A DNA stretch of 64,000 bases from Candidatus Eiseniibacteriota bacterium. Its GTDB lineage: Bacteria; Eisenbacteria; RBG-16-71-46; DASYSL01. The DNA lies in the NCBI GenBank assembly GCA_031413115.1, contig JANOEH010000047.1, forward strand, positions 703-64,702. The letters run 5' to 3'. Below the pieces are notes generated by a model. It saw nothing but the letters and a program-made list of their open reading frames with translations, made no database searches and was not told where the DNA came from. Every line of letters begins with the position of its first letter. Within the stretch, counting starts at the first letter, position 1. The position numbers were made by a program, and so were the translations under genes. Of this stretch, positions 28,203 through 37,265 are shown piece after piece.

Positions 28203-30277
28203 GAGTTCGGTGTGTCGATGGACCAGTCGCCGCGCCGATGGGCGTCGACGACCGCGTCGAGGTGGGGCAAGTAGGGGGCGGGCAGCTTGGGCAGGCGCGC
28301 CCGCGCCCGGTCTCGCGCGTCCTGGTCTGACGTCGCGTCGCGCGTGATCTCGCTCACGAACTCGAGGTAGCCCTCGAGTCGTGAGCGGGCGCGGTCCTCG
28401 AGATCGGGCATGAGGGCGATCGTCCGCGCGGCCCGCTTCGTGTCGAAGCCGGCGGCCGAAAGCGCCTTGAAGCACTCGCCCTGAAAGTAGTACGTCAGGC
28501 TCGAACGATCGGCCACGGGTGCGGCCGAGCGGCCGGCGGGGGACTTTCGAAGCCGCGCGAGGCTGCGCTCGGCCTGGCTCAGGTTGAAGTCGCAACGGCG
28601 CAACTGGTCGAGCACCCAGGCGCCTGTCGTCTCGACATCGCGCTTGAGCCCACGGCCGCCACCGTCCTCGCCGAAGGCGCGACCCACACCCTCGTCGTCG
28701 TCCCCGCCGTTGTCGTAACCCGGATGCGGCTGGGCCACGCGGCCACCGGTTGCCGGGCCGGTCGCGGTGGCATCGCCCAGGCCGCCCGCCTGCTGGAGCA
28801 AGTTTTCGAGGTCGACGAGCGTGGCCGCGCGACCCTGTGTGCGCAGGACAAGCGCGGTCAGCAGGTTGCGCAGCTCGCGGATATTGCCCGGAAACTCGTA
28901 CTCCTCGAGGCGGCGGAGCACGGCGGTGGCCAGGCGCGCCGGCGGCGCGCCCAGGTCGTCGGCGAGCCGGTCGAGCACGTGCTCGACGAGAATCGGGATG
29001 TCGCCGCGACGCTCGCGCAGCGCCGGCAGGCGCAGCCCGAAGACATTGAGGCGGTAGTACAGGTCTTCGCGGAAGCGCGCGCCCTTCACCTCCGAGAGCA
29101 GGTCACGGTTGGTCGCGGCGACGACTCGCACGTCGACCTGGATCGCCCGCTCGTCGCCGACGCGGCGGAAGCGGCCCTCCTGCAGCACGCGCAGCAGGCG
29201 CGTCTGCGCGCCCGATGGCAGCTCGCCGATCTCGTCGAGGAACAGCGTACCGCCATTGGCCAGCTCGAAGGCGCCGCGGCGATCGCGCGTCGCGCCGGTG
29301 AAGGCGCCGCGCACGTGGCCGAACAGCTCGCTCTCGATCAGCTCGCGCGGGATCGCGCCGCAATCCACCGTCTCGAACGGCCGGTCGGCGCGCGGCGACA
29401 GCGCATGGATGGCGCGGGCCGCCAGCTCCTTGCCCGTACCGGTCTCGCCGAGCACGAGCACCGGGCAGCGCGCTGGCGCGACCATCGCGATCTCGCGGAA
29501 GGCGCGCTCGAACGAAGGGCTGTTGCCGATGATCTCCTGCAGGATGGGAAATCGTCGCCGCAGTTCGACCAGGGAGAGCCGGCCCAGGTGGGCGGAGGCT
29601 CCCGCGTCGGGCTCGAGCGCGCCGGGCGCCTCGGTCGGCTCGACCGGGCCGTCGCCGGCCGCGCCGGGGTGCTGCGTCACCTGGTGATAGATGAGGTTCT
29701 CGAGGGCCTGCGTGCACAGTTGGGCGGCGGTGGCGAGCAGCTCGAGTTCGTCGTCGCCGTAGTTCTCGCCGAGCAGGCGCGGGCCCCACACCGCGAGGCC
29801 GTAGAACCCGCCGCGGCCGACAAGGGGGACGATCGCCTGCGCATCGAGGCGCGCCAGCCATTCGCCGTTGCGCCGGACGAAGTCCCGGCAGCGATCGCTC
29901 TCGGGCCCGGGCTTGAGCGAGACGCCGCTGCGGGCCTCGGCACTCTCGAGGAACACGAGGTCCTCGGGACTGAGCACGGGACGGATGTCCTGCACGATCC
30001 CTTCCTGGTAGCCGTAGTGCCGCCACAGGCGAAGCCGGCCGCGATCGGCTTCCCAGCGCAGCCCCGCGGCGGAGGCCGCCCCGACACCCGCCACGCACGA
30101 CAGCAGGAACTGCCCGACGGCCTGTCCTGGGTCGCCGGCGGAGAGCAGGCCGCGGGCGATTTCGAGGAGGGCGGTCAGTTCGAAGTTCTGGCGTTCGAGC
30201 GCTTCGTGGGTATGGCGTCCGTCGGCGCCGCGGCGGAGCGGACGGTCGGGCATGGACGCGTCTGGGGGACGGCTCAT
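28199..30277 (-). CDS. Sigma-54-dependent enhancer-binding protein (EBP): N-terminal GAF domain, AAA+ sigma-54 activation domain, Fis-like HTH and an extra ~130-aa C-terminal extension
   Basis: GETGTGKE Walker A, GAFTGA sigma-54 contact motif, FLDEIGELP, VRVVAATNRDL. HTH LSQAERSLARLRK, then an unusual long tail. Confidence 0.9.
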   Translation of the reverse strand: MSRPPDASMPDRPLRRGADGRHTHEALERQNFELTALLEIARGLLSAGDPGQAVGQFLLSCVAGVGAASAAGLRWEADRGRLRLWRHYGYQEGIVQDIRPVLSPEDLVFLESAEARSGVSLKPGPESDRCRDFVRRNGEWLARLDAQAIVPLVGRGGFYGLAVWGPRLLGENYGDDELELLATAAQLCTQALENLIYHQVTQHPGAAGDGPVEPTEAPGALEPDAGASAHLGRLSLVELRRRFPILQEIIGNSPSFERAFREIAMVAPARCPVLVLGETGTGKELAARAIHALSPRADRPFETVDCGAIPRELIESELFGHVRGAFTGATRDRRGAFELANGGTLFLDEIGELPSGAQTRLLRVLQEGRFRRVGDERAIQVDVRVVAATNRDLLSEVKGARFREDLYYRLNVFGLRLPALRERRGDIPILVEHVLDRLADDLGAPPARLATAVLRRLEEYEFPGNIRELRNLLTALVLRTQGRAATLVDLENLLQQAGGLGDATATGPATGGRVAQPHPGYDNGGDDDEGVGRAFGEDGGGRGLKRDVETTGAWVLDQLRRCDFNLSQAERSLARLRKSPAGRSAAPVADRSSLTYYFQGECFKALSAAGFDTKRAARTIALMPDLEDRARSRLEGYLEFVSEITRDATSDQDARDRARARLPKLPAPYLPHLDAVVDAHRRGDWSIDTPNS

Positions 30278-30334
30278 GGGGTCGAGCCTAGCACGGGCCG
30301 TCGGTCTCGGCTATCTTCGCGCCGGAGGATCGCC

Positions 30335-30991
30335 ATGCGCACATTGTCCACTTCCATGTTCGCCTGCGCTGCCGCGATGCTGCTGGCCGGCTGCGCAAGG
30401 GAGCCCGCCACCCCGTCCGGCCCCGTTGCCCCGGCCCGTCCCGAGGCCGCCCAGGCCGCGACCGTCGCCATGTGGCGCACCCAGTTCGACGGGCATAGGG
30501 CCCAGTGGGAGGCGGTCTTCGCCGGGCCCGACTCGCCGCTGCCCGAAGCCGCGCGGGCCGCGTTCCCCGGCCTGCGGTTCTATCCCTACGACGAGTCGTG
30601 GCGCTTCGTCGGGGACCTCGAGCGCCTGCATCCGCCACGCTTCATCGCGGTCCCGGCGACGAAGGGGCGGACGCAGTCGTACCTCGACTACGGTCGCTTT
30701 CCGCTCGAGCGCAACGGTGTCGTGGCCACGCTCGAGGTGCACCGCCCGGTCGACCACCCGGACCAGTTCTTCATCGCCTTCTTCGATTCCACGAACCACG
30801 GCGAGACCTACGAGGGTGGCCGCTACGTGCACCTCGACTCGGTCGACACGCACCGGTTCGTCCTCGATTTCAACCAGGCCTACGCCCCGTACTGCGCGTT
30901 CGACTCCTCGTGGATCTGCCCGCTGCCGCCGCGGGGGAACGCGTTGCCGTTCGCGGTGCGCGCGGGCATGATGGCGATGGGGAAGAAGTGA
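30335..30991 (+). CDS. DUF1684-family lipoprotein
   Basis: MRTLSTSMFACAAAMLLAGC lipobox. FYPYDESWRF...FIAFFDSTNHGETYEGGRYVHLD...YAPYCAFDSSWICPLPP matches DUF1684. RBS ggagga. Confidence 0.75.
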   Translation: MRTLSTSMFACAAAMLLAGCAREPATPSGPVAPARPEAAQAATVAMWRTQFDGHRAQWEAVFAGPDSPLPEAARAAFPGLRFYPYDESWRFVGDLERLHPPRFIAVPATKGRTQSYLDYGRFPLERNGVVATLEVHRPVDHPDQFFIAFFDSTNHGETYEGGRYVHLDSVDTHRFVLDFNQAYAPYCAFDSSWICPLPPRGNALPFAVRAGMMAMGKK

Positions 30992-31470
30992 CGCTCCACG
31001 CCCTGCTCGCCGCCGTTCTCGCCGCCGCGCCCTCCTCTTCGCCCGCGACGGGCGCGGACCTCGCGCGCCTCTCGTGGCTCGCCGGCTGCTGGAGTCGCAC
31101 CAGCCCGCGGCGCATCGTCGAGGAACAGTGGATGGCGCCCGCTGCCGGGCTGATGCTCGGCTCGGGCCGCACGCGCAACGTGGCCGATGGCGCGCTCGTC
31201 GAGTTCGAGCAGGTGCGCATCGAGACGCGCGGCGACACGCTCGTGTTCGTGGCCAGGCCGTCGCGCCAACCCGAGGCCGAGTTCACGGCGATCGCGGTCA
31301 CCGACTCGTTGGTCGTCTTCGAGAACCTCGCGCACGACTATCCCCAGCGCGTCGGGTATCGCCTGGTGCACGTCGATTCGCTCGCCGCGTTCATCGACGG
31401 CACCGTCGACGGCAAGCCGCGCACGGTCGAGTTTCCCTACCGGCGCGTGTCCTGTGCGAACCCGCGATGA
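30988..31470 (+). CDS. Hypothetical exported protein (GTG start overlapping the upstream stop)
   Basis: VTLHALLAAVLAAAPSSSPATGADLARLSWLAGCWS...EEQWMAPAAG...LVVFENLAHDYPQRVGYRL. GTGA coupling. The upstream part of the track ORF is junk. Confidence 0.55.
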   Translation: MTLHALLAAVLAAAPSSSPATGADLARLSWLAGCWSRTSPRRIVEEQWMAPAAGLMLGSGRTRNVADGALVEFEQVRIETRGDTLVFVARPSRQPEAEFTAIAVTDSLVVFENLAHDYPQRVGYRLVHVDSLAAFIDGTVDGKPRTVEFPYRRVSCANPR

Positions 31471-31874
31471 GCGACGAGACCCGCCGCAACTTCGGCAGCG
31501 GGGGGCCGTGGGAGGAACTCTACGGCTACGCCCGCGCCGTGCGCATCGGCCGGCACGTGCACGTCGCGGGTACGACCGCGGCGCGGCCCGACGGCGGCGT
31601 CGAGGGAGGCGCCGACCCGGCCGCGCAGACGCGCGCGGTGTTCGACCGCATCGAGGCCGCGCTGGCGCAGGCCGGCGCTCGCATGGCCGACGTCGTGCGC
31701 ACCCGCATGTACGTCGTCCCCGGCGTCGACACCGACGCGGTCGGTCGAGTTCATGGCGAGCGCTTCGCCATGATCCGGCCCACTTCGACCCTCGTCGTCG
31801 TCCACGCGCTCGTGCGCGCCGACCTGCTCGTGGAGGTCGAGGTCGAGGCCATCCTTCCCGTGAAAGACTCGTGA
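31467..31874 (+). CDS. ridA: RidA/YjgF/TdcF-family enamine/imine deaminase
   Basis: GPWEELYGYARAVRIGRHVHVAGTTA...RTRMYVV...TLVVVHAL. ATGA overlap with the upstream gene. Confidence 0.8.
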   Translation: MSDETRRNFGSGGPWEELYGYARAVRIGRHVHVAGTTAARPDGGVEGGADPAAQTRAVFDRIEAALAQAGARMADVVRTRMYVVPGVDTDAVGRVHGERFAMIRPTSTLVVVHALVRADLLVEVEVEAILPVKDS

Positions 31875-32500
31875 GCGATCCTCTCGTCTCGCCCACCCTC
31901 GTCGACGCGACGCAGCGTTACGGGGCGGCGGCGGCGGCGGCACGAACGCTCGTAAGCGAGACGAGCGACGAAGCGTTCCATCGAGCGCCGCCCGGCGGGG
32001 GCTGGTCGGTGGCCGAGTGCCTCGAACACCTCGTCGTCTCCGGTGGAAAGATGGCGGCCAGGCTCGAGGACGCCGCAGAGGTCGCCCGTGCCGACGAGCG
32101 CCTCGCCGATCCGGTCGCTGCGCGCGCGCCGGTGCGGCTGGGTTGGTTTGCACGGCTGTTCATCGTCGGCACCGGTCCGGGCGAGGCGGGACGGGGCGCG
32201 CCGATGAAGATCCGCGCACGGCTGCCCTTCGAGCCGGGCGACCCGCGCGCACGGGGTCGCGGTCGCGAGGGGATTCTCGCCGACTTTCTCTCGCTGCAGG
32301 AACGCCTGGTCGCCGATGCCCGCGCCGCCGACGGGCTCGACCTGGCAGGCGTGATGGTCGCCTCCGTGCTCGCAGGCTGGATCCGCATCCCGCTCGGCGG
32401 CTGGTTTCTCGCCATCGCCGGCCACCAGGAACGTCACCTCAAGCAGGCCCGTCGCGCGCAGACGGCGGTCGTGGCCCTGCTGCAGGGAGCCACCCCTTGA
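31871..32500 (+). CDS. DinB/YfiT-like (DinB_2 four-helix bundle) protein
   Basis: WSVAECLEHLVVSG...GHQERHLKQARRA, the His triad pattern of DinB_2. GTGA overlap. Confidence 0.65.
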   Translation: MSDPLVSPTLVDATQRYGAAAAAARTLVSETSDEAFHRAPPGGGWSVAECLEHLVVSGGKMAARLEDAAEVARADERLADPVAARAPVRLGWFARLFIVGTGPGEAGRGAPMKIRARLPFEPGDPRARGRGREGILADFLSLQERLVADARAADGLDLAGVMVASVLAGWIRIPLGGWFLAIAGHQERHLKQARRAQTAVVALLQGATP

Positions 32501-33069
32501 CCGATGCCAACCCTGCATCCACGCAGCAACTTGGCGATCACATGCTGGCCGACGCCATCGCCCGCTTTCGCGAGCTGAAGTCGCTCGGCGACAAGGCGGT
32601 GGCGCAAGTCGACGACGCGGGTTACTTCGCGTGCAGCGACGACGCGGCGAATGCGATCGCGCACGTGGTCAAGCACGTCGCCGGCAACCTGCGCTCGCGC
32701 TGGCGCGACTTCCGGATCACCGACGGCGAGAAGCCCGATCGCGACCGCGACTCCGAGTTCGAGCTCGCACCGGACGACACGCGTACGGCCCTCACCGCGC
32801 GCTGGGAGGAGGGCTGGGCGATCCTCTTCGTCGAGCTCGGCGCGCTCGGCGGGTGCGACCTGATGCAGACGGTCACCATTCGCCACGAACCGCACACGAT
32901 TGTGCAGTGCATCCATCGCCAGCTCGGGCACTACGGCTACCACGTGGGGCAGATCGTGTCACTGGCCCGCGCGGCACGCGGGCCGGAGTGGAGCTCGCTG
33001 TCGATTCCAAGGCGCAAATCGAACGCGTTCAACGCGAGCATGAAGGACAAGTTCACCGAACGAACCTGA
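32497..33069 (+). CDS. DUF1572-like (DinB-related) protein. Start TTG 32497 overlapping the upstream stop, or ATG 32542.
   Basis: MLADAIARFRELKSLGDKAVAQVDDAGYF...HVVKHVAGNLRSRW...HYGYHVGQIV. Confidence 0.55.
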   Translation: MTDANPASTQQLGDHMLADAIARFRELKSLGDKAVAQVDDAGYFACSDDAANAIAHVVKHVAGNLRSRWRDFRITDGEKPDRDRDSEFELAPDDTRTALTARWEEGWAILFVELGALGGCDLMQTVTIRHEPHTIVQCIHRQLGHYGYHVGQIVSLARAARGPEWSSLSIPRRKSNAFNASMKDKFTERT

Positions 33070-33112
33070 TCGGACACGCTTGCCGGGTTCCTACCCTGCC
33101 GATCGAGGCGGT

Positions 33113-33206
33113 GTCTTCCTCTTCGCGCGGGGGCGACCGCAGGCGAGCCGCGCGCAGTGCGGCGACCCGAGGACGCCTCACCTCGCCCCCGCGTGAAGAG
33201 GAAGAC
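33113..33206. repeat. Long inverted repeat (21-bp arms, 1 mismatch, 52-nt loop) between convergent genes; possible bidirectional terminator
   Basis: gtcttcctcttcgcgcggggg (33113-33133) versus cccccgcgtgaagaggaagac (33186-33206). Confidence 0.5.
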
Positions 33207-33217
33207 GTCGCCTCGGG

Positions 33218-35071
33218 CTAGCCGATCGTGTGGATGAGGATCTCGTCGCCGGGCAGGAGCTTGTGCAGGCCCTTGAGGACCGAGCCGCGCAGCATGTGGA
33301 CGAGCTTCGAGCGCTGGCTCACGCCCACCATCACCGAGACCACGCGTAGTCGACGGGCCGAGTCGGCGATCGACTCGGCGGCGTTGTTCGACAGGCGCCA
33401 GATCGGGATCGGGGTCAGGCCGGCGTCGCGGATCTGGTCGGCCGCGTCCTCGAGGGCGAGCAGCAACTCGCGCTCCGGCTGCAGCTGGTCGCCCGAGAAC
33501 AATCCGGGCCACTCGGTGACGCCGAGCACGAAGATCGCCGTGTCGCCGTGGCCACGGGCACGGAAGATCGCCTCGTCGATCAGCTTCGGATTGGCATCGC
33601 GCAGGGCGATGAGCGTGCGCGACGGCTCGATCGCGGCCGCCTCCACCGCGGTCTCGATCGAGACCACTTCGCGACTGCGCCGCTCGACGATGTCCTCGGC
33701 GCGCTCGATCTGGCGCCCGGCCTCGGTGGCGATCCACGGGACCCGGTTGAGTGCGCGCACCGCCCAGTCCTTGCGGATGGCGAGCGCGAACAGGCACCCC
33801 AGCGCGACCACCCCGCCGCCGAACAGCGTGGCCTGCCACTTCTCGATGATGTTGACGCCCCACGCGGTCGCCACCATGAGCGTCGTCACGATGCCGATCC
33901 AGAACGTGACGCCACGTTGTTTCTCGCGCCAGCGCAGCACGTCGACACCGGCCGACGTGAAGGTGAAGGCGCCGAGCAAGCCGAACGAGTAGAGGTGCCC
34001 GAGCATCTCGAGCTCGCCCTTCGTCGCGTGAACGATGAGAAAGGTGATGATGGTGAAGAAGAGGATCCCGATGTGCGGCGTGCCGAACGTGCGGTTGCGA
34101 CGGGCCAGCACCTTGGGCAGGTAGTCGCCGCGCGACAGGGCAAGGAACACGTGGTAGCCACCGATCAGGGCCGTGTTGGCGGCGAACAGCAGCAGCGCCG
34201 ACGCCGCGAGCACGACGCTCCAGGCCAGCGCCGGGCCGCCGTACTGGCGCCCCAGCTCGGAGATGAAGAACTCCTTCGACGCGACCTTGACCGGCTCGGA
34301 CAGGCCCGCGATCGACAACAGCGTGAGCGTGGGTGAGGTCAGCGTCATGGTGACGATGACGAGCAGCATCGCGTACAGCGCGGTCCGCTTGATCGGCAAC
34401 TTCATCGCGGGGGAGAGCTGGCTGATTCTCTCGAGTCCCGAGAACGCGAGCCACGCCCCGGCGAAACCCACCAGCGCCGAGCGCGGCGGAAGCGTCGGCA
34501 GGGACCGCATCTGGTCCCACGCGAAGGTCCACTGCTCGGGCGTGAGTTGCACGGCGACGGTGACGACGACGATGAGGTTGACCACGACCGCGGCGACCGC
34601 CATCCACAAGGCGACGATGGCGCTTTCGCGAATGCCGATGATGTTGATGATGCCGAGAATGAGGAGGCCGATCCCGGCCATGAGCTCGATGTGGTTCTGG
34701 AACCACGGCATCACCGAGCCGATGTACTGGAAGGCGCTCACCGAGGAGATCGCGGCGGTGAGGAAGTAATCGACGATGATCAGCATGCCGCCGATGGCGC
34801 CCACGAACGGTGAGAACGCCTTGGTGGCGACCGTGACGACGCCGCCACCCTCGGGGTTGCGCCACGATACTTCGATGTACTTGGAGGCGAGGAGAACGAA
34901 GCCGATGGTCGTCAGGGCGACGAAGACCGGGGCGAGGTTGCCGACCTCGCCGAACAGGATGCCCGGCACGTAGTAGACGCTCGTGCCGATGTCGCAGAAA
35001 ACGACCGCCCAGGCGAGGATCCAGCCCAGTTGCTTCAGGTCGTGCTCACCGGTCCTGGCTGGGGAAGTCAC
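33218..35071 (-). CDS. APC-family amino-acid permease fused to a C-terminal universal-stress-protein (UspA-like) domain
   Basis: About 12 TM helices with an APC-type N-terminal motif (CDIGTSVYYVPG). C-terminal ...IFVLGVTEWPGLFSGD...VVSVMVGVSQRSKLVHMLRGSV is a Usp domain. GTG start 35071. Confidence 0.85.
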   Translation of the reverse strand: MTSPARTGEHDLKQLGWILAWAVVFCDIGTSVYYVPGILFGEVGNLAPVFVALTTIGFVLLASKYIEVSWRNPEGGGVVTVATKAFSPFVGAIGGMLIIVDYFLTAAISSVSAFQYIGSVMPWFQNHIELMAGIGLLILGIINIIGIRESAIVALWMAVAAVVVNLIVVVTVAVQLTPEQWTFAWDQMRSLPTLPPRSALVGFAGAWLAFSGLERISQLSPAMKLPIKRTALYAMLLVIVTMTLTSPTLTLLSIAGLSEPVKVASKEFFISELGRQYGGPALAWSVVLAASALLLFAANTALIGGYHVFLALSRGDYLPKVLARRNRTFGTPHIGILFFTIITFLIVHATKGELEMLGHLYSFGLLGAFTFTSAGVDVLRWREKQRGVTFWIGIVTTLMVATAWGVNIIEKWQATLFGGGVVALGCLFALAIRKDWAVRALNRVPWIATEAGRQIERAEDIVERRSREVVSIETAVEAAAIEPSRTLIALRDANPKLIDEAIFRARGHGDTAIFVLGVTEWPGLFSGDQLQPERELLLALEDAADQIRDAGLTPIPIWRLSNNAAESIADSARRLRVVSVMVGVSQRSKLVHMLRGSVLKGLHKLLPGDEILIHTIG

Positions 35072-35327
35072 GCGCGCCGCGTCTCCGGGCTCGATCGCAG
35101 GCGGAACCGGGGCCGGTCCTCGCGGGTGCGGCGATCGCAGGCGGCACCGTACCACAGCCCCGCCACGGCTTGCGACCGGACCGCACCCGAGGGTATGTTC
35201 CTTGGACCTCGGTTTCGGCCCGCGCGCGGCGGGCCGCCCGTCGTCACCCCGGCCCTCCGAGGATCGCTTGCAGCCCAATTCCACCCGCCAACTGGCCGCC
35301 GAGACGCATGCTCTTGACCGCGATCTG

Positions 35328-35900
35328 ATGAATCGCGTGCGCGCGCGGGATCCGGAGGCGCTGCGGGCGCTCTACGATCGCCATGCGAGCCTTGTCCACG
35401 GATTGGGCCTGCGCGTCCTGCGCGATGCCACCGAGGCGGAGGACCTGGTGCAGGACGTGTTCCTGCACCTGTGGCGCCGGGCCGAGATGTTCGACGGCGA
35501 GCGCGGGGTGTTCACCGGCTGGCTCGTATCCCTGGCCCGCAATCGTGCGATCGACCGGCTGCGAGCGCGGCGCACGCGCGAGCGCAAGGGGGACGAGTTC
35601 GAGGCCGAGCAGGCGGCCCCGCCCACGGCAGGACCATCCGATCCCGATGCGACGACGTATGCCAACGAGCTGCGCGGCGCGGTCGTGCGCGCACTCGGCA
35701 CCCTGCCCGACCAGCAGCGCGCCGCGCTGGAGCTGGCCTACTTCGGCGGGCTGTCGCACAGCGAGATCGCGGAACGACTCGATGCGCCCCTGGGGACGGT
35801 GAAGACCCGCGTTCGCCAGGGAATGCTGCGCCTGCGCGAGCTGCTCGGGGAGTTCGTGGACGCGGGGCTCGCGTCCGGAACGGAGGATGGACGCCGGTGA
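35328..35900 (+). CDS. ECF-type sigma-70 family RNA polymerase sigma factor (sigma-K-like)
   Basis: Region 2 EDLVQDVFLHLWRRAEMFDGERGVFTGWLVSLARNRAID. Region 4 ELAYFGGLSHSEIAERLDAPLGTVKTRVRQGMLRL. Confidence 0.85.
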   Translation: MNRVRARDPEALRALYDRHASLVHGLGLRVLRDATEAEDLVQDVFLHLWRRAEMFDGERGVFTGWLVSLARNRAIDRLRARRTRERKGDEFEAEQAAPPTAGPSDPDATTYANELRGAVVRALGTLPDQQRAALELAYFGGLSHSEIAERLDAPLGTVKTRVRQGMLRLRELLGEFVDAGLASGTEDGRR

Positions 35901-36805
35901 ACGACGATCGCTTCATGGAACAGGCACCCGACTACGCGCTGGGCCTGCTCGAGGCCGAGGAGCTCGAGGCGTTCGAACGTCACCTCGCTGCCGGATGCGC
36001 GCAGTGCGAGCAGGAGCTGGCATCGATGGACGCCGTCGGCGACGCGCTGGCGTACTCGGCGCCGGCATTGGCACCGCCCACCGCGTTGTGCGATCGCGTG
36101 CTCGCCGCCATCGCGACCGACCTCGAACACGAGCGCGCCGGGGCCGACGCGCTGGCCGCCGAGGCCGCCGCCGTTCCCGCGGGTCAGCCGCTGTACCGCG
36201 GCCAGCCGACCGCCACGCCCACCTACGAGCCCTCGCCGGCCGAGTGGCCGCCCCGCGTTCCCGTGGTCGCGGTGCGGTCGATTCCGTGGTGGGTGCGGGT
36301 CGGTCCGCCGCTCGCGTTCGCGGCCACTCTGGCGACCGTTCTCGTGGGTGCCTGGGCCTATCGCCTCGATCGGCAGCTCACGCTGGTGCGCGGCGACCTC
36401 GAACGCGTGCAGTCCGAGAACCAGGCGCTCGCCCGCATCCTCGACGTCGTGCAGTCGGATCGCCTGCGTGTCGTCGCGCTCGGCGGCCTCGAGGGAGCGC
36501 CGCAGGCGCACGGTCGCGTGCTGTGGTCCCCCGAGAAGAAGCAGGCCGTACTCTACGTGTTCGAGCTGCCGCGCCCGCCGGCGGGCAAGGAATACCAGTT
36601 GTGGGTGATCGACGGGCAGACGCCGCGGAGCGAGGGTGTCTTCGCCGTCGGTGCCGACGGCCGCGCCACCCACGTGCTGCCCGAGCCGCCCGCCGCCGCC
36701 GGCGCGTCCGCGTTTGCCATCACGATCGAGCCCGCGGGCGGCATGCGGCAACCGACCGGCGCCATCCTCCTGCTCGGCTCGGAGGGCGCCGTCATCGACG
36801 GATGA
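35897..36805 (+). CDS. Zinc-binding anti-sigma factor (ZAS) of the RskA type: ZAS motif, TM helix and RskA-like C-terminal domain
   Basis: FERHLAAGCAQCEQE (H-x3-C-x2-C). TM helix LAFAATLATVLVGAWAY. C-terminal YQLWVIDGQTPRSEGVF...AFAITIEPAGG RskA-like. GTGA overlap with the sigma gene. Confidence 0.8.
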   Translation: MNDDRFMEQAPDYALGLLEAEELEAFERHLAAGCAQCEQELASMDAVGDALAYSAPALAPPTALCDRVLAAIATDLEHERAGADALAAEAAAVPAGQPLYRGQPTATPTYEPSPAEWPPRVPVVAVRSIPWWVRVGPPLAFAATLATVLVGAWAYRLDRQLTLVRGDLERVQSENQALARILDVVQSDRLRVVALGGLEGAPQAHGRVLWSPEKKQAVLYVFELPRPPAGKEYQLWVIDGQTPRSEGVFAVGADGRATHVLPEPPAAAGASAFAITIEPAGGMRQPTGAILLLGSEGAVIDG

Positions 36806-37242
36806 GCCCGTTCGTCGAGACGCGCGACGGGTTCACCCTGACGACCGATCGCGCTCGCCTGCCGATCGAGGAGATCCATCGCTGGCTCGCCGAGGAATCG
36901 TACTGGGCGCGCGGCATCCCGCTCGACATCTGCCGCCGCTCGATCGAGCACGCCCTGCCGTTCGTGATCTACGAGGGGGACACGCTGGTCGCGTTCGCCC
37001 GTGTGATCAGCGACTTCGCGACGGTGGCCTACCTCGGGGACGTCTTCGTCAAAGAGCCGTGGCGCGGTCGCGGGCTGTCGAAGTGGCTGGTCGAGGCGAT
37101 CCATCGCCACCCCGACTTGCAGGGGCTGCGCCGCTGGATCCTGCTCACCCGCGATGCGCACGCCCTCTACGCGCAGTCGGGGTGGACCGCGCTCGAGGAT
37201 CCGCCGCGCTGGATGGAGCTGCGTCCGAATCACAAGTATTGA
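36802..37242 (+). CDS. GNAT-family N-acetyltransferase
   Basis: VFVKEPWRGRGLSKWLVEAIHRH acetyl-CoA-binding motif. ATGA overlap. Confidence 0.8.
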   Translation: MSPFVETRDGFTLTTDRARLPIEEIHRWLAEESYWARGIPLDICRRSIEHALPFVIYEGDTLVAFARVISDFATVAYLGDVFVKEPWRGRGLSKWLVEAIHRHPDLQGLRRWILLTRDAHALYAQSGWTALEDPPRWMELRPNHKY

Positions 37243-37265
37243 ATCCCCCAACGCGGGAGGTTCAC

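Noticed and set aside
26962-28595. Minus ORFs 26962..27906 and 27780..28595 opposite the small secreted-protein array
   Set aside because: Arg/Gly/Asp-rich, no signal or domains. The plus-strand small ORFs each have signal peptides, RBSs and mutual homology.
28724-30991. 755-aa plus ORF spanning antisense of the sigma-54 activator
   Set aside because: Only its last 218 aa (from ATG 30335, RBS, lipobox) are protein-like. The rest is antisense to a well-supported EBP gene.
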